Positions 45,458 to 56,170 of a DNA stretch of 64,000 nucleotides are shown in pieces. Under the pieces are notes generated by a model that ran no database searches, had not been told where the DNA came from, and saw only the letters and a program-made list of their open reading frames with translations. The translations under genes were made by a program, and so were the position numbers. How positions within the stretch are numbered: position 1 is the stretch's first letter; every line of letters begins with the position of its first letter. The stretch covers positions 148,020 through 212,019 of the forward strand of contig CAVXLT010000005.1 in assembly GCA_963762715.1 (NCBI GenBank), read 5' to 3'. The DNA is from an uncultured Thermoleophilia bacterium. GTDB taxonomy: Bacteria > Actinomycetota > Thermoleophilia > Gaiellales > Gaiellaceae.

Positions 45458-47603
45458 ATGATGGCGCGCATGGAACGCCGGCGCATCCGGGTGGTGGGCG
45501 TGGTGCAGGGCGTGGGTTTCCGCCCGTTCGTCTACGGCCTTGCCCGGAGGCAGAACCTCGCCGGCTGGGTGCTGAACGACGGCGAGGGAGTACTGCTCGA
45601 GGCCGAGGGCGAGCCGCGCGCGCTCGACGAGCTCGTGCGCGCGCTCCGGGAGGAGGCGCCGCCGCTCGCGCGCGTCGACGGCGTCGACTGGCAGGGGACG
45701 CAGCCGCTCGGAGAGACGTCCTTCGAGATCCGGCTGAGCGCCCCCACCGGCGGCACGGCGCTGATCCCGGCGGACGTCGCCACCTGCGACGACTGCCTTC
45801 GCGAGCTGTTCGACCCGGCCGACCGTCGCTTCCGGTACCCGTTCACGAACTGCACGCAGTGCGGCCCGCGCTTCACGATCGTGCGCGGCGTCCCCTACGA
45901 CCGGGCGCTGACGACGATGGCCGACTTCCCGCTCTGCGCCGACTGCCGGCGCGAGTACGAGGACCCGCTCGACCGCCGCTTCCACGCCGAGCCGGTCTGC
46001 TGCCCCGTCTGCGGGCCACGGCTCTCGCTACCGCTCGAGCGCGCCGTCTCGCTGCTCGCCGACGGGACGCATCGTCGCCGTCAAGGGGCTCGGCGGCTAC
46101 CACCTCGCCTGCGACGCAGCCGACGAGGACGCGGTCGCACGGCTGCGCGCGCGGAAGGTGCGTGAGGACAAACCGTTCGCGCTGATGAGCGCGACCCCCG
46201 AGCTGCTCGTGGAGCTCGACGCCGGCGAGGACGCGCTGCTCCGCTCGCGCGAGCGCCCGGTCGTGCTCGCGCGGCGCCGCACCGGTGCGCCCGTCGCTCC
46301 CTCGGTCGCACCCGGCACCGCCTGGCTCGGGGTGATGCTCCCCTACACCCCGCTCCACCATCTGCTGCTGCACGACTTCGGCGGCGCGCTCGTGATGACG
46401 AGCGGCAACCGCTCCGACGAGCCCATCGCCTTCGACGACGGCGAGGCACGCTCGCGTCTCGCCGGCATCGCCGACGCGTTCCTGGCGCACGACCGCCCGA
46501 TCCACCGCCGCTGCGAGGACTCCGTCGTCCGCGCCGACTTTCCCGTGCGCCGCTCCCGCGGCTTCGCGCCGGGCGCGGTCGCGCTCCCCGTCGCGGCGCG
46601 ACGACCGATCGTCGCCGCGGGCGCCGAGCTGAAGTCGACGTTCTGCGTCGCACGCGGCACCGACGCGTTCCTCTCGCCGCACCTCGGCGACCTCGACTCC
46701 GAGGAGGCCTACACGGCCTACCGCACCGATCTCGCGCTGTACCTCGAGATGCTCGGCGTCCGGCCCGAGGTGGTGGCGCACGACCTGCATCCCGAGTACC
46801 TCGCGACCAAGTGGGCAGTCGAGCAGGACGCCGAGCTCGTCGGCGTCCAGCACCACCACGCGCACGCGGCCGCCTGCCTCGCCGAGCACGGAGAGGGCGG
46901 GCCGGCGCTGGCACTCGTCTTCGACGGGACCGGCTTCGGCACCGACGGCACGCTCTGGGGCGGCGAGCTCCTCCGCTGCGACCTGACCGACTTCGAGCGG
47001 CTCGCCCACCTGGTGCCGGTGCCGCTGCCGGGCGGCGAGGCGGCGATCCGCCAGCCGTGGCGCACCGCTGCCTCCTATCTCGAGGCCGCCGGGCGCCCCG
47101 TGCCGTGGGCGCGCTGGGACGCGGTGCGGGCGAGCCTGCGGGCGAACGCGCCGCTCTCCTCCGGGATGGGCCGCCTCTTCGATGCGGTCTCCGCGCTGCT
47201 GGGCGTGCGGGAAGAGGTGAGCTACGAGGGGCAGGCGGCGATCGAGCTCGAGCAGCTGGCCGAGGGCGTGACGACCGAGCCGTGGCCGTGGCGGTTCGGC
47301 GACGGCCCGGCGCTCGTCGCGACCGTGCACGACGAGCTGGCGGCCGGACGAACCAGGCCGGAGCTCGCCGCCGCCTTCCACGAGACGGTCGCCGCGGCGG
47401 CCGCGGCCGCCTGCGCGGCCGAAGGCGACGGCACGGTCGTGCTCTCGGGCGGCAGCTTCCAGAACCTGCGCCTGCTCGCCTCGACCCGCGCTCGGCTCGA
47501 GGCGCACGGCAAGCGTGTGCTGTCGCACCGGGTGGTGCCGCCGAACGACGGCGGCGTCAGCTACGGGCAGGCGGCGGTCGCCGCGGCCCGCACTACGCGG
47601 TGA
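45458..47603 (+). pseudogene. hypF: [NiFe]-hydrogenase maturation carbamoyltransferase HypF, apparent frameshift ~46067
   Basis: Acylphosphatase domain VQGVGFRPFVY, two Zn-finger pairs (CDDCLRE...CTQCGPRF; CADCRRE...CPVCGPRL), YrdC-like VKGLGGYHLACDA, and Kae1-like C-terminus. Confidence 0.85.
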
Positions 47604-48636
47604 GCGCGGCCGGCCGCTCGGCCCGGCGGTAGGCGACCTTGTAGCCGAGCGAGCGCGGCACGGCCAGCAGGCTCTCCAGGTCGAGATCGATCTTCGCGCC
47701 TGCCTTCTGGGTCACCTCGTCCTCGATCGGCAGGTCGAAGTCGTCGGCGCCGAACTCGAGCGCGCGGAATGCGTCCTCGTTCAGCGTCAGCACCGACGTG
47801 CGCACGTGCCCGACGTTGTCGAGGAAGATCCGCGAGAGAGCGATGTGCCGCCAGTACTCGCGTGCCGAGATCTCGCGCCCGCCGAACGCGGTCCCGTAGG
47901 GCTTGTACGTCCAGCAGAGGAACGAGAAGAGGCCGTCGTGGCCGGCCCGCAGGCAGTCGTCCTGGAAATCACGCGTGCGCTGCAGGTGCTCGAGCCGCTC
48001 GTCGAGCGTCTCGTCGAAGCCGATCACCATCGTCGCGGTGGTGCGCATGCCGCTCTCGACGATCGCGCGCTGGGCGTCGAAGTAGTCGCTGACGAGGTAC
48101 TTGAACTTGGCGTGCCGCTTGCGGAAGTCCTCGGTGAGGATCTCGCTGCCTCCGCCCGTCACCCAGTGCACGCCGGAGTCGCGCAGGCGCGCAGCCGCCT
48201 CGGCGTGGGTCAGCCCGGCGCGGTCGGCGAGGTAGAGGAACTCGGCGATCGTCAGCGCGTAGAACTCGACGCGGTCGCCGTAGCGCTCGCGCACGGCGGC
48301 GAAGAGGTCGCAGTAGTAGTCGAGCGGCAGGCGCGGGTTGAAGCCGCCGTTGAAGCCGACGAGGTCGCCTCCCGCCTCGAGCAGCTCGTCGATCTTGGCG
48401 AACACGTCGTCGCGCGAGAGCACGTAGCCGCCCTCGGCGTTCGGCAGCACGTAGAACGCGCAGTAGTCGCACTGGGCGACGCAGACGTTCGTGTAGTTGA
48501 TGATCCGCATCACCATGTAGGTGGCCTCGTCGGGCCGGTGGTAGCGGGCGCGCACCGCCTGCGCGCGCTCCTTCAGCTCCTCGTCGGAGGCCGACTGCCA
48601 GAGCTCCCGTGCCTCCTCGACGCCGATCCGCGTCAC
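47593..48636 (-). CDS. radical SAM enzyme, CofH/MqnC/MqnE-like
   Basis: NYTNVCVAQCDYCAFY (CxxxCxxC), GGFNP, and a TIM-barrel-type layout. GTGA overlap with the upstream gene. Confidence 0.75.
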   Translation of the reverse strand: MTRIGVEEARELWQSASDEELKERAQAVRARYHRPDEATYMVMRIINYTNVCVAQCDYCAFYVLPNAEGGYVLSRDDVFAKIDELLEAGGDLVGFNGGFNPRLPLDYYCDLFAAVRERYGDRVEFYALTIAEFLYLADRAGLTHAEAAARLRDSGVHWVTGGGSEILTEDFRKRHAKFKYLVSDYFDAQRAIVESGMRTTATMVIGFDETLDERLEHLQRTRDFQDDCLRAGHDGLFSFLCWTYKPYGTAFGGREISAREYWRHIALSRIFLDNVGHVRTSVLTLNEDAFRALEFGADDFDLPIEDEVTQKAGAKIDLDLESLLAVPRSLGYKVAYRRAERPAALTA

Positions 48637-49952
48637 GCGGCGACCGCCTCGGGCTCGAGCGTGTCCATGAACGAGCTGACCGAGAAGACGGCGTTGCCCG
48701 CGCCCGCGACGCCGTAGCCCGGCGGCGGCTTCAGGCCGTGCCGCTCGAGCGTCTCGCGGTAGATCTCGAGCAGGCGGATGTGGTACTCGAGCGGCGCCCC
48801 CTCCGGGTTGTCCTTCCCCAGCGGCGTCGCCGGCTCGGGGCACCAGGTCGTGAAGCGCGGGGTGACGCCGCGGCTCATGAAGAAGTCGAGCCCCTCGCCC
48901 GTCGAGCGGATCGCCTCGTCGACGTCCGTGAACCCGAACGGCTTCGCCATCTCGACGCCGGCCACGAAGTTCGGGATCACGTAGCGCGGCCCGAAGATCT
49001 CGGCCGAGTCGAGGATCCGGCGGTGCCACTCGGCGCGGCCGACGTAGCGCTCCTTGCCCGGGCAGATGATCGAGAAGAGCCGCTCGTCCCAGACCTCGTA
49101 GTTCGGGTGGTAGATCTTGATCCCGTAGTCGTGGTAGCGCTGCACGTCGGCGCGCGGCAGCGCCTGCGCGACCACCTTGCCGATCCAGCGGTTCGGGAAG
49201 CGGGCCTCGATCGCCTCGGCGTAGCGGCCGTAGAAGTCGGCCTCGGCGAGACCGTCGACCTTCGAGGTGACCGAGCCGCCGGTGAGCGTATAGGCGCGGC
49301 TCGCGTGCTCACTGTCGTAGCGGTCGATCAGGGCGAGCGCCTCGAGCACGTCGTCCACCGGCTTCACGCCCGTGTACGGGCGGCCGGCCGCCTTGTGCTG
49401 GCGCCAGTTGTGGTTGATGTCGCAGAAGCGGCACTCCTCCTTCGCGCCGAAGTACTGGCAGAGGCGGAGCACGGTGAGGTAGATCAGGTAGCCCCACTGG
49501 ATCGTCGGCGCGGTCTCCATCACGGTCTTGCCGTTGGAGAGCGGGTGCCGGTAGTAGTCGGGCATCGGGGGTAGGCCGACGGCGGCGATCGGGCGGCCGT
49601 CGAGCGAGAGCTCGAGCACGCCCTCGGCGCTGCGGGTGACGCGGTACGGCGAGTCGGGGTTGAGGCGCACCGAGACGATCGTGCGGCGCAACTCGTAGGG
49701 ACCGCCGGTGAGGGCGACCTCCTCCGGCGGCCGGCGGGTCGCGGCCTCGCCCAGCTCCTTCAGCGGCTTCTGGTCGAAGGAGAAGATGAAGTACGACTTC
49801 GGCTTCACCTCGCCCTCGAGGTTGTCGGTGAGCGCGTCGAGGCCGAAGTCGATGCCGGTGCGGAGCAGGTCCTCCTTCAGCACCGCCTCGCGCGGGATGT
49901 GCGGGAACCGCTCCATCAGCGACTCGATCAGGGCGGTGCGCGACTCGGCCAC
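48633..49952 (-). CDS. radical-SAM-like protein with atypical Cys spacing (C-x8-C-x2-C), family not recognised
   Basis: 439 aa, intact. LRLCQYFGAKEECRFCDINHN followed by YTLTGGS. About 130-aa N-terminal extension. Confidence 0.55.
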   Translation of the reverse strand: MAESRTALIESLMERFPHIPREAVLKEDLLRTGIDFGLDALTDNLEGEVKPKSYFIFSFDQKPLKELGEAATRRPPEEVALTGGPYELRRTIVSVRLNPDSPYRVTRSAEGVLELSLDGRPIAAVGLPPMPDYYRHPLSNGKTVMETAPTIQWGYLIYLTVLRLCQYFGAKEECRFCDINHNWRQHKAAGRPYTGVKPVDDVLEALALIDRYDSEHASRAYTLTGGSVTSKVDGLAEADFYGRYAEAIEARFPNRWIGKVVAQALPRADVQRYHDYGIKIYHPNYEVWDERLFSIICPGKERYVGRAEWHRRILDSAEIFGPRYVIPNFVAGVEMAKPFGFTDVDEAIRSTGEGLDFFMSRGVTPRFTTWCPEPATPLGKDNPEGAPLEYHIRLLEIYRETLERHGLKPPPGYGVAGAGNAVFSVSSFMDTLEPEAVAA

Positions 49953-49972
49953 GCCTGGAGTGTAGAGCCGTC

Positions 49973-50845
49973 CTAGGGCTCGGCGACCGGGTCGGGGCCC
50001 CGGCCGGTGGCGAGCACGCTGCCGCCGAGGATCAGGGCGAAGCCGACGAGCATCCCCGCGGTCAGGTGCTCGCTGAGGATCGCCACGCCGAGCACAGCGG
50101 CGACCGCCGGGTTCACGTAGGTGATCACGGTCGCCCGCACGGGCCCGACCTCGGAGATCAACGCGAAGAAGACGAGGAACGCCAGCGCCGTGCAGACCGC
50201 GGCGAGCCCGAGCACCGACTCGACGACGTGCGCCGACGGCATCGACGAGGGAAGGTCGAACGCCGCGAACGGCGCGTAGGCGATGGTCGCGATCACGAGC
50301 GAGGCGGCGACGACGCCGAGCGCCGGCACGTCGTTCAGCCGGCGGGCGAGGATGATCGGGCCGACCGCGTAGCAGACCGCGACGCAGGCGATCTCGCCGA
50401 GCGCGAGCAGGCTGACGCGCCCGAGGTCGAGGCCGACCAGCGCGGCGACGCCGACGAGCCCGATCCCGAGCCCGAGCCAGCGGCGTCCACCCTGCCGCTC
50501 GCGCTCACCGGTCACCGTCACGACGACCGCGCCGACGAGCGGCACCGCGGCGATCAGCAGCCCGGTGAGCGAGCTCGAGAGCCGCGTCTCGGCGTGCGCG
50601 AGCAGCACCCACGGGATCGAGACCTCGATCACCGTGTAGGCGAGCAGCGGCCGCCAGCTGCCGGCGAGCGGCCGCAGCGTGCCGCGTGCCGCCGCGAAGG
50701 GCAGCAGCAGCAGCGCCCCGATCGCCGTCCGCAGGAACACGAGCGTCACCGGCGCGAGCTCGCGCACCGCGACACGGATCATCAGGTACGGGATCCCCCA
50801 GATCACGCACATCACCGCGAAGAGCAGCAGTCCGCGTCTGGTCAT
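49973..50845 (-). CDS. EamA/DMT-family transporter
   Basis: 290 aa, 10 hydrophobic segments. IWGIPYLMIRVAV and a duplicated EamA pattern. Confidence 0.85.
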   Translation of the reverse strand: MTRRGLLLFAVMCVIWGIPYLMIRVAVRELAPVTLVFLRTAIGALLLLPFAAARGTLRPLAGSWRPLLAYTVIEVSIPWVLLAHAETRLSSSLTGLLIAAVPLVGAVVVTVTGERERQGGRRWLGLGIGLVGVAALVGLDLGRVSLLALGEIACVAVCYAVGPIILARRLNDVPALGVVAASLVIATIAYAPFAAFDLPSSMPSAHVVESVLGLAAVCTALAFLVFFALISEVGPVRATVITYVNPAVAAVLGVAILSEHLTAGMLVGFALILGGSVLATGRGPDPVAEP

Positions 50846-51249
50846 GCGTGCTGGTCGGGCTCGGTCAACATCCTCACCATGCTCAACGCGCAAACGAGCG
50901 CAATCGTGAGATCGTTCCCGAGGCACCACTGGCAGACGGCGCCGATCGGCCCGAGCTGCGCCCACAGCAGGTAGCCGCTGAAGGCGACGCCGACGAGCGC
51001 CAGCAGCACGCACGCGAACGCCCAGAGGAGGCCCGTGCGAAGCGTCGTCAGCAGGATCGCCGCGTAGGCGGCCAGGCCGAGCGTGGCGACCGGGATGCCG
51101 GCAAGGGTGGCGTAGGAGGAGTGCTGCACCTTCTCGCAGCCACCGGTCGTGCAGACCGGTGCGATGTGGGCGTAGTGCACGTAGGTGAGGTACGCCGCGA
51201 TCCCGCCGCCCACGACTGCGAGCGCCGCGATCGTCGCGCGCAGCCTCAC
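50842..51249 (-). CDS. vitamin K epoxide reductase (VKOR) family protein
   Basis: CTTGGCEKVQHSSYA...GIPVA..G and the AVCQWC motif. GTGA overlap with the upstream DsbA gene. Confidence 0.8.
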   Translation of the reverse strand: MRLRATIAALAVVGGGIAAYLTYVHYAHIAPVCTTGGCEKVQHSSYATLAGIPVATLGLAAYAAILLTTLRTGLLWAFACVLLALVGVAFSGYLLWAQLGPIGAVCQWCLGNDLTIALVCALSMVRMLTEPDQHA

Positions 51250-52046
51250 TGGAGCGCGTTGCGCAGGGCGGCCGAGAACGTGGCGGCGTCGAGCGAAGGC
51301 ACGCTCAGCTGCACCGGCCGGGCAAGTTGCTTCTGCAGGATGAAGGTGGGCGAGCCGTTGACGCCCCACGCGGACGACTGCTGCTCGACCTTCTTCCACA
51401 TGTTGAGGATCTTCTGGGTGGGGATCGCGTCGACGACGAGCTGCGGGCTCGCGCCGGCCTCCTTCGCCGAGGCGCGGATGACGGCGTCGGAGATCCAGCC
51501 CGAGTTCTCGGAGCCCTGACGCTCGAAGAGCGCCTCGAGCATGTTCCAGGCCTTGTTCTGGAGCGACGCGGCGTAGACGGCGCGGATCCCGGGCTGGGAG
51601 AGCTGGCCGATGATCTCGACCGGCTGCAGCTCGAGCCTGACGCGCCCGGTGCGCACGAACTCGCGAACGACGGTCGGCAGCGCGCCGAGATCCCAGTCGC
51701 GGCAGTACGGGCACTGCGGGTCCTCGAAGACGTAGAGCGTTGCCGGGGCGGCGACGTTCCCGAGCCGCAGCCCCTTCTGGGGCACACCCTTGAAGATGCC
51801 CTCGCCGGTCACCACGGTCGTGCCGGTACCGGTCTTGCGTGTGGCCGACGTCGTCGTGGCGGCGCTCTTGCCGCCGGTGCCGACGAAGGCGAGGACGACG
51901 CCGACGCAACCCGCGGCGACGAGCACCGCGACGCCGAGCAGGATCAGACGCTGCCTGTTCACCCCTCCAGCATGCCGAAACCGCCGGAGCCCACCGTCGG
52001 GAATCTGCCGCAGGCCCGATTGCCGCGGAACGAAGCGACCTGCCAC
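51246..52046 (-). CDS. DsbA-family thioredoxin-fold protein (CPYC), membrane-anchored/secreted
   Basis: [12 protein letters not shown] active site and a TM anchor [21 protein letters not shown]. The start may be GTG 51962 rather than ATG 52046. Confidence 0.85.
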   Translation of the reverse strand: MAGRFVPRQSGLRQIPDGGLRRFRHAGGVNRQRLILLGVAVLVAAGCVGVVLAFVGTGGKSAATTTSATRKTGTGTTVVTGEGIFKGVPQKGLRLGNVAAPATLYVFEDPQCPYCRDWDLGALPTVVREFVRTGRVRLELQPVEIIGQLSQPGIRAVYAASLQNKAWNMLEALFERQGSENSGWISDAVIRASAKEAGASPQLVVDAIPTQKILNMWKKVEQQSSAWGVNGSPTFILQKQLARPVQLSVPSLDAATFSAALRNALQ

Positions 52047-52072
52047 CCGGAACCGTCGTTAGGGTCCGCGCA

Positions 52073-53632
52073 ATGTCCCTGCTCTCGAGCCGCCTCGAGC
52101 ACGACGAAGGCAGCGCGCGCCGCGCGGAGCGGATGGCCGGGCTTGTGGCCGAGCTGCAGGCCCGGAGCGCGCAGGTCGCGGCGGGCGGCGGCGAGCGGGC
52201 GGTCGAGCGGCATCGCTCGCGGGGAAAGCTGCTCGCGCGGGAGCGGATCGACCGGCTGGTCGACCCGGGGACGGCGTTCCTCGAGCTGAACGCGCTCGCC
52301 GCCTGGGAGATCTACGACGGCGACGCGCCGAGTGCGGGGATCGTCACCGGCATCGGCGTCGTCGAGGGGCGCGAGTGCGTCGTCGTCGCGAACGACGCGA
52401 CCGTGAAGGGCGGCTCGTACTTCCCGCTCACCGTCAAGAAGCATCTGCGCGCGCAGGAGGTGGCCGAGCAGAACCGGCTGCCGTGCATCTACCTCGTCGA
52501 CTCGGGCGGAGCGTTCCTGCCGCTACAGGCCGAGGTGTTCCCCGACCGCGAGCACTTCGGGCGGATCTTCTACAACCAGGCGCGCATGTCGGCGAAGGGG
52601 ATCCCGCAGATCGCCGTCGTGATGGGGTCGTGCACCGCGGGCGGCGCTTACGTGCCGGCGATGAGCGACGAGACCGTGATCGTGCGCGGCACCGGCACGA
52701 TCTTCATCGGCGGGCCGCCGCTCGTGAAGGCCGCCACGGGCCAGGACGTGACGGCCGAGGAGCTGGGCGGCGCCGACGTGCACGCGCGGCAGTCGGGAGT
52801 CGCCGACCACTACGCCACCTCCGACGAGCATGCGCTCGCGATCGCGCGCAGGATCGTCGCCTCGACGCAGGGGCGACGTCCCGAGCCGCCGTGGGAGCGC
52901 GCCGCTCCCGAGCCGCCCGCGGTCGACCCGGCCGATCTCCACGCCCTCGTCCCCGACGACCACCGCACGCAGATCGACGCGCGGGAGCTGATCGCGCGGC
53001 TCGTCGACGGCTCGCGCTTCGACGAGTTCAAGCAGCTCTACGGCGAGACGCTCGTCTGCGGCTGGGCGCACGTCGAGGGCTTCCCGGTGGGGATCCTCGC
53101 CTCGAACGGCGTCCTCTTCGCGGAGAGCGCGCAGAAGGGCGCGCACTTCATCGAGCTCGCGTGCGCGCGCCGGGTGCCGCTCGTGTTCCTGCAGAACATC
53201 ACGGGCTTCATGGTCGGCAAGGAGTACGAGGCGGGCGGCATCGCACGCGACGGCGCAAAGCTCGTGATGGCGGTGGCGTGCGCCGAGGTGCCGAAGTTCA
53301 CGGTCGTCGTCGGCGGCTCGTTCGGCGCCGGCAACTACGGGATGTGCGGACGGGCGTACTCGCCGCGGCAGCTGTGGATGTGGCCGAACGCGCGCATCTC
53401 GGTGATGGGCGGCGAGCAGGCGGCGACGGTGCTGACGATGGTCGGCGACGCCGACGCCGACGAGATCCGCGCCAAGTACGAGGCGGAGGGCAACCCGTAC
53501 TACTCGACCGCGCGCCTCTGGGACGACGGGATCATCGACCCGCTCGACACACGGCGCGTGCTGGCGCTCGGTCTGGCCGCGGCGCTGAACGCGCCGATTC
53601 CCGAGACGTCGTTCGGCGTCTTCAGGATGTAG
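52073..53632 (+). CDS. acyl-CoA carboxylase carboxyltransferase (beta) subunit, methylcrotonyl-CoA carboxylase-like
   Basis: 519 aa. [57 protein letters not shown]. Confidence 0.9.
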   Translation: MSLLSSRLEHDEGSARRAERMAGLVAELQARSAQVAAGGGERAVERHRSRGKLLARERIDRLVDPGTAFLELNALAAWEIYDGDAPSAGIVTGIGVVEGRECVVVANDATVKGGSYFPLTVKKHLRAQEVAEQNRLPCIYLVDSGGAFLPLQAEVFPDREHFGRIFYNQARMSAKGIPQIAVVMGSCTAGGAYVPAMSDETVIVRGTGTIFIGGPPLVKAATGQDVTAEELGGADVHARQSGVADHYATSDEHALAIARRIVASTQGRRPEPPWERAAPEPPAVDPADLHALVPDDHRTQIDARELIARLVDGSRFDEFKQLYGETLVCGWAHVEGFPVGILASNGVLFAESAQKGAHFIELACARRVPLVFLQNITGFMVGKEYEAGGIARDGAKLVMAVACAEVPKFTVVVGGSFGAGNYGMCGRAYSPRQLWMWPNARISVMGGEQAATVLTMVGDADADEIRAKYEAEGNPYYSTARLWDDGIIDPLDTRRVLALGLAAALNAPIPETSFGVFRM

Positions 53633-53634
53633 CG

Positions 53635-53955
53635 GTGGTCGTCCGCCTCGTCCTCTGGAGCCTCGCGGACTCGCTCACGAACGTCGGCGAGCTGCGCCGC
53701 TACCTCGCCGACGAGTCCGTCGAGCAGTTCGAGCAGGTGCCCGGGCTCTTGTTCACGTCGTGGGTGTCCGACGAGCTCGGCGAGCGCTGGGGTGCGTTCT
53801 ACGTGTGGGAGTCGCGGGAGGCGAGCGAGCAACCGCTGCCGTCACGCGCTCGCGAGCTGATCGGGAAGGAACCGGAGATCGTCGAGCTGTTCGACCTCGA
53901 GGCCACGGTCTCGGCGGCGCCGGAGCTCGGCCGGCTGGGGCTGGCGTTCGAATGA
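53635..53955 (+). CDS. small ABM/YdhR-like protein
   Basis: 106 aa, GTG start 3 nt after the previous stop. VVRLVLWSL...GAFYVWESREA. Confidence 0.5.
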   Translation: MVVRLVLWSLADSLTNVGELRRYLADESVEQFEQVPGLLFTSWVSDELGERWGAFYVWESREASEQPLPSRARELIGKEPEIVELFDLEATVSAAPELGRLGLAFE

Positions 53956-54695
53956 GCGCGCTGCGCGTCGAACGGGACGGTGCGGTACTGAGGGTGACGC
54001 TGGCGCGGCCCGACCGTCGCAACGCGTTCGACGCGGCGCTGATCGCCGAGCTCACCGAGGCGTTCGCGGACGTGGGCGACGCGCGCGCGGTCGTACTCTC
54101 AGGCGACGGCCCGTCCTTCTCCGCGGGCGCCGACGTCGAGTGGATGCGCTCCTCGGTCGACCTCTCCTACGAGGAGAACGTCGCGGACGCGCTGCGGCTG
54201 CGCGCGATGCTCGAGGCGATCGACGGCTGCCCGGCTCCGGTGGTCGCGCGGGTGCAGGGCCATGCGCTCGGCGGCGGCGTCGGCCTGGTCGCGTGCTGCG
54301 ACGTCGCCGTCTGTACACCCGGCACGGTGTTCGCGTTCAGCGAGGTGAAGCTGGGGATCGTGCCGGCGGTGATCTCGCCCTTCGCGCTCGCGAAGGTCGG
54401 CACCTCGGCGGCGCGGCGCTACTTCGTCACCGGTGAGCGGTTCGACGCCGCCGTCGCGCTGCGGATCGGCCTGGTGCACGAAGTGGCCGACGACCTCGAC
54501 GAGGCCGTCGGCCGGGTGCTCGCAGAGCTCGGCACGGCAGGTCCCGAGGCGACCCGCGGCGCGAAGGAGCTCGCCCGTCGCCCGCTCGACGCCGAGGAGA
54601 CCGCCCGCCGCATCGCGGCGCACCGCACCTCGGCGGAGGGGCAGGAGGGCCTCCGGGCCTTCCTCGAGAAGCGCGCCGCGGGCTGGCGCTCGTAA
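53952..54695 (+). CDS. enoyl-CoA hydratase/isomerase (methylglutaconyl-CoA hydratase-like)
   Basis: RPDRRNAF, GDGPSFSAGADV, VQGHALGGGVGL and FSEVKLGIVP. The stop TAA lies inside a family-C repeat. Confidence 0.9.
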   Translation: MSALRVERDGAVLRVTLARPDRRNAFDAALIAELTEAFADVGDARAVVLSGDGPSFSAGADVEWMRSSVDLSYEENVADALRLRAMLEAIDGCPAPVVARVQGHALGGGVGLVACCDVAVCTPGTVFAFSEVKLGIVPAVISPFALAKVGTSAARRYFVTGERFDAAVALRIGLVHEVADDLDEAVGRVLAELGTAGPEATRGAKELARRPLDAEETARRIAAHRTSAEGQEGLRAFLEKRAAGWRS

Positions 54696-54710
54696 CAGAC
54701 TGTTACAAGC
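54692..54710. repeat. family-C repeat, solitary head
   Basis: GTAACAGACTGTTACAAGC; overlaps the stop codon of the hydratase gene. Confidence 0.8.
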
Positions 54711-54712
54711 GG

Positions 54713-55045
54713 CTCTTGCGCGCTGCGGCGCGGCTCGTTGTGGGCGTTCGGCCGCCACGGGAGCGGGTCGCCCCAGAGGTAGTTCGGCAGGTCGTAGGCG
54801 GGCCTGGTCCGCCACCAGATGTCGAAGAGGATCGCCTTCGTCGAGACGGAGCGGACCGGCGCCTCGACCCTCGACGCCTCGCGCAGCAGCACGCGAATCT
54901 GCTGGTAGCTCGGGCGCGGGAGCCCGATCCGGTTCGCGGCGTCACCGACCGTCCGCGTCAGCTCCGCCGCCGTCGCCGTGCGCGGTGCCTCGTCGATCAG
55001 CCGGCGCAACCGGTCGTCGATCCTCGGCGCGGAGCGAGTCGCCAC
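54713..55045 (-). CDS. small hypothetical protein (possible HTH); 3' end undefined
   Basis: MATRSAPRIDDRLRRLIDEAPRTATAAELTRTVGDAANRIGLPRPSYQQIRVLLRE... is GC3-biased. There is no in-frame stop before the repeat, so the formal ORF runs on to 54419, antisense to the hydratase gene. Confidence 0.45.
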
Positions 55046-55106
55046 CGCTCCAGTGTCGCCCGCGACTCGTCAGGCGTTCGTGCCGATTCGGGGCCGAAAC
55101 CGTGTC

Positions 55107-55128
55107 CTAGTAACAGACTGTTACAAGC
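55107..55128. repeat. family-C repeat, solitary head
   Basis: CTAGTAACAGACTGTTACAAGC, in the same orientation as the copy at 54692. Confidence 0.8.
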
Positions 55129-55165
55129 GACTGGAGCGGCCGTCGGAGGGCGAGCGGCCGGCCGT

Positions 55166-55755
55166 TCAGGTCGCGTCGGTGAGCCGGAGGGCGCGGGCGG
55201 TGGCGTTCAGGCTGCCGGCCAGCAGCACGAGGCCCGCGAGGACGCCGCTGACGAACGGGATCCAGTCCGATGCGGAGGTGCCGGCAAGGGCGAGCCCGGC
55301 CATGCCGAGCACGATCAGCGAGCGCGGCGCTCCGCACGATCGCGCCGCGCCACACGCCGGCGAGCTGGAACGCCACGAAGTGGACGCCGACGACGAGAAC
55401 CGTCCACGGCAGGAAGGTGTTGCTCGGCGCGCCGATCGCCGCGATCACGGCGTAGCCGACCGCGAGCGCGACGACCTCGCCCGCCACGATCCGCCAGTAG
55501 CTGCGGCCGAACAGCTCCATTCGCTCGGTCGGCTCGCGGACGCGGCCGCGTACCGCCCGACGAAGCGCCTGACGCCGGGCGAGCGCCAGCGCGACGAAGC
55601 CGGCGACTCCGAGCGCGCGGAAGAGGTCGGCGGCGACGCGGCCGAGCGGCGTGCCGGCGTTCGCGAGCACGAACACGAGCCCGAACGCGCCGCCGATCAG
55701 GGCGCCGCGCAGCCGGCCGCGGATCGCACTGCGCGGATCGGCGGCGCGCGGTCAC
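55166..55755 (-). pseudogene. membrane protein, unknown function, at least 2 apparent frameshifts
   Basis: GTGA overlap start. ...IRGRLRGALIGGAFGLVFVLANAG...VVGVHFVAFQLAGVW, then in another frame LIVLGMAGLALAGTSASDWIPFVSGVLAGLVLLAGSLNATARALRLTDAT-stop. Confidence 0.55.
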
Positions 55756-56170
55756 CGCGACGTCTCCTCCGCCGGCTCCCGCACCCGCGCTCGCCCGTCG
55801 CCCGGACGCGGCTCGGGCTTCGGCTTCAGCAACCGCTCGCCCGTCGCGTACACGAGCGCGTGGTAGGCGAGCGAGAGCGCGGCGAGGGCGATTCCGGCGG
55901 CCGGCCGGCCCGCCGCGTACAGCGCGACCGCTGCCAGCGCCGAGACCACGAGCTCCTGCACGAGCCGCGCCGGCTCGGCAAGCCGCCCTGCCTGGTGGAA
56001 GTCGATCGGCGCCCCAGAAGCCGAACCCGATCGCGGGCGCACCGATGCCGAGTGCGATCTTCCCGGCCGTGCTGCCGCCGGCGTGCACGCCCCAGTAGGC
56101 AAGGCCGGCGACGACGCCCAGCTCCAGCACGCGCGCGCAGCACGAGGTTCAGCCGCTCGGCGGCGCGCAT
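55752..56170 (-). pseudogene. YrdB/DUF2568-like small membrane protein, about 2 apparent frameshifts
   Basis: LELGVVAGLAYWGVHAGGSTAGKIALGIGAPAIGFGFWGA and DFHQAGRLAEPARLVQELVVSALAAVALYAAG lie in different frames. Confidence 0.55.
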
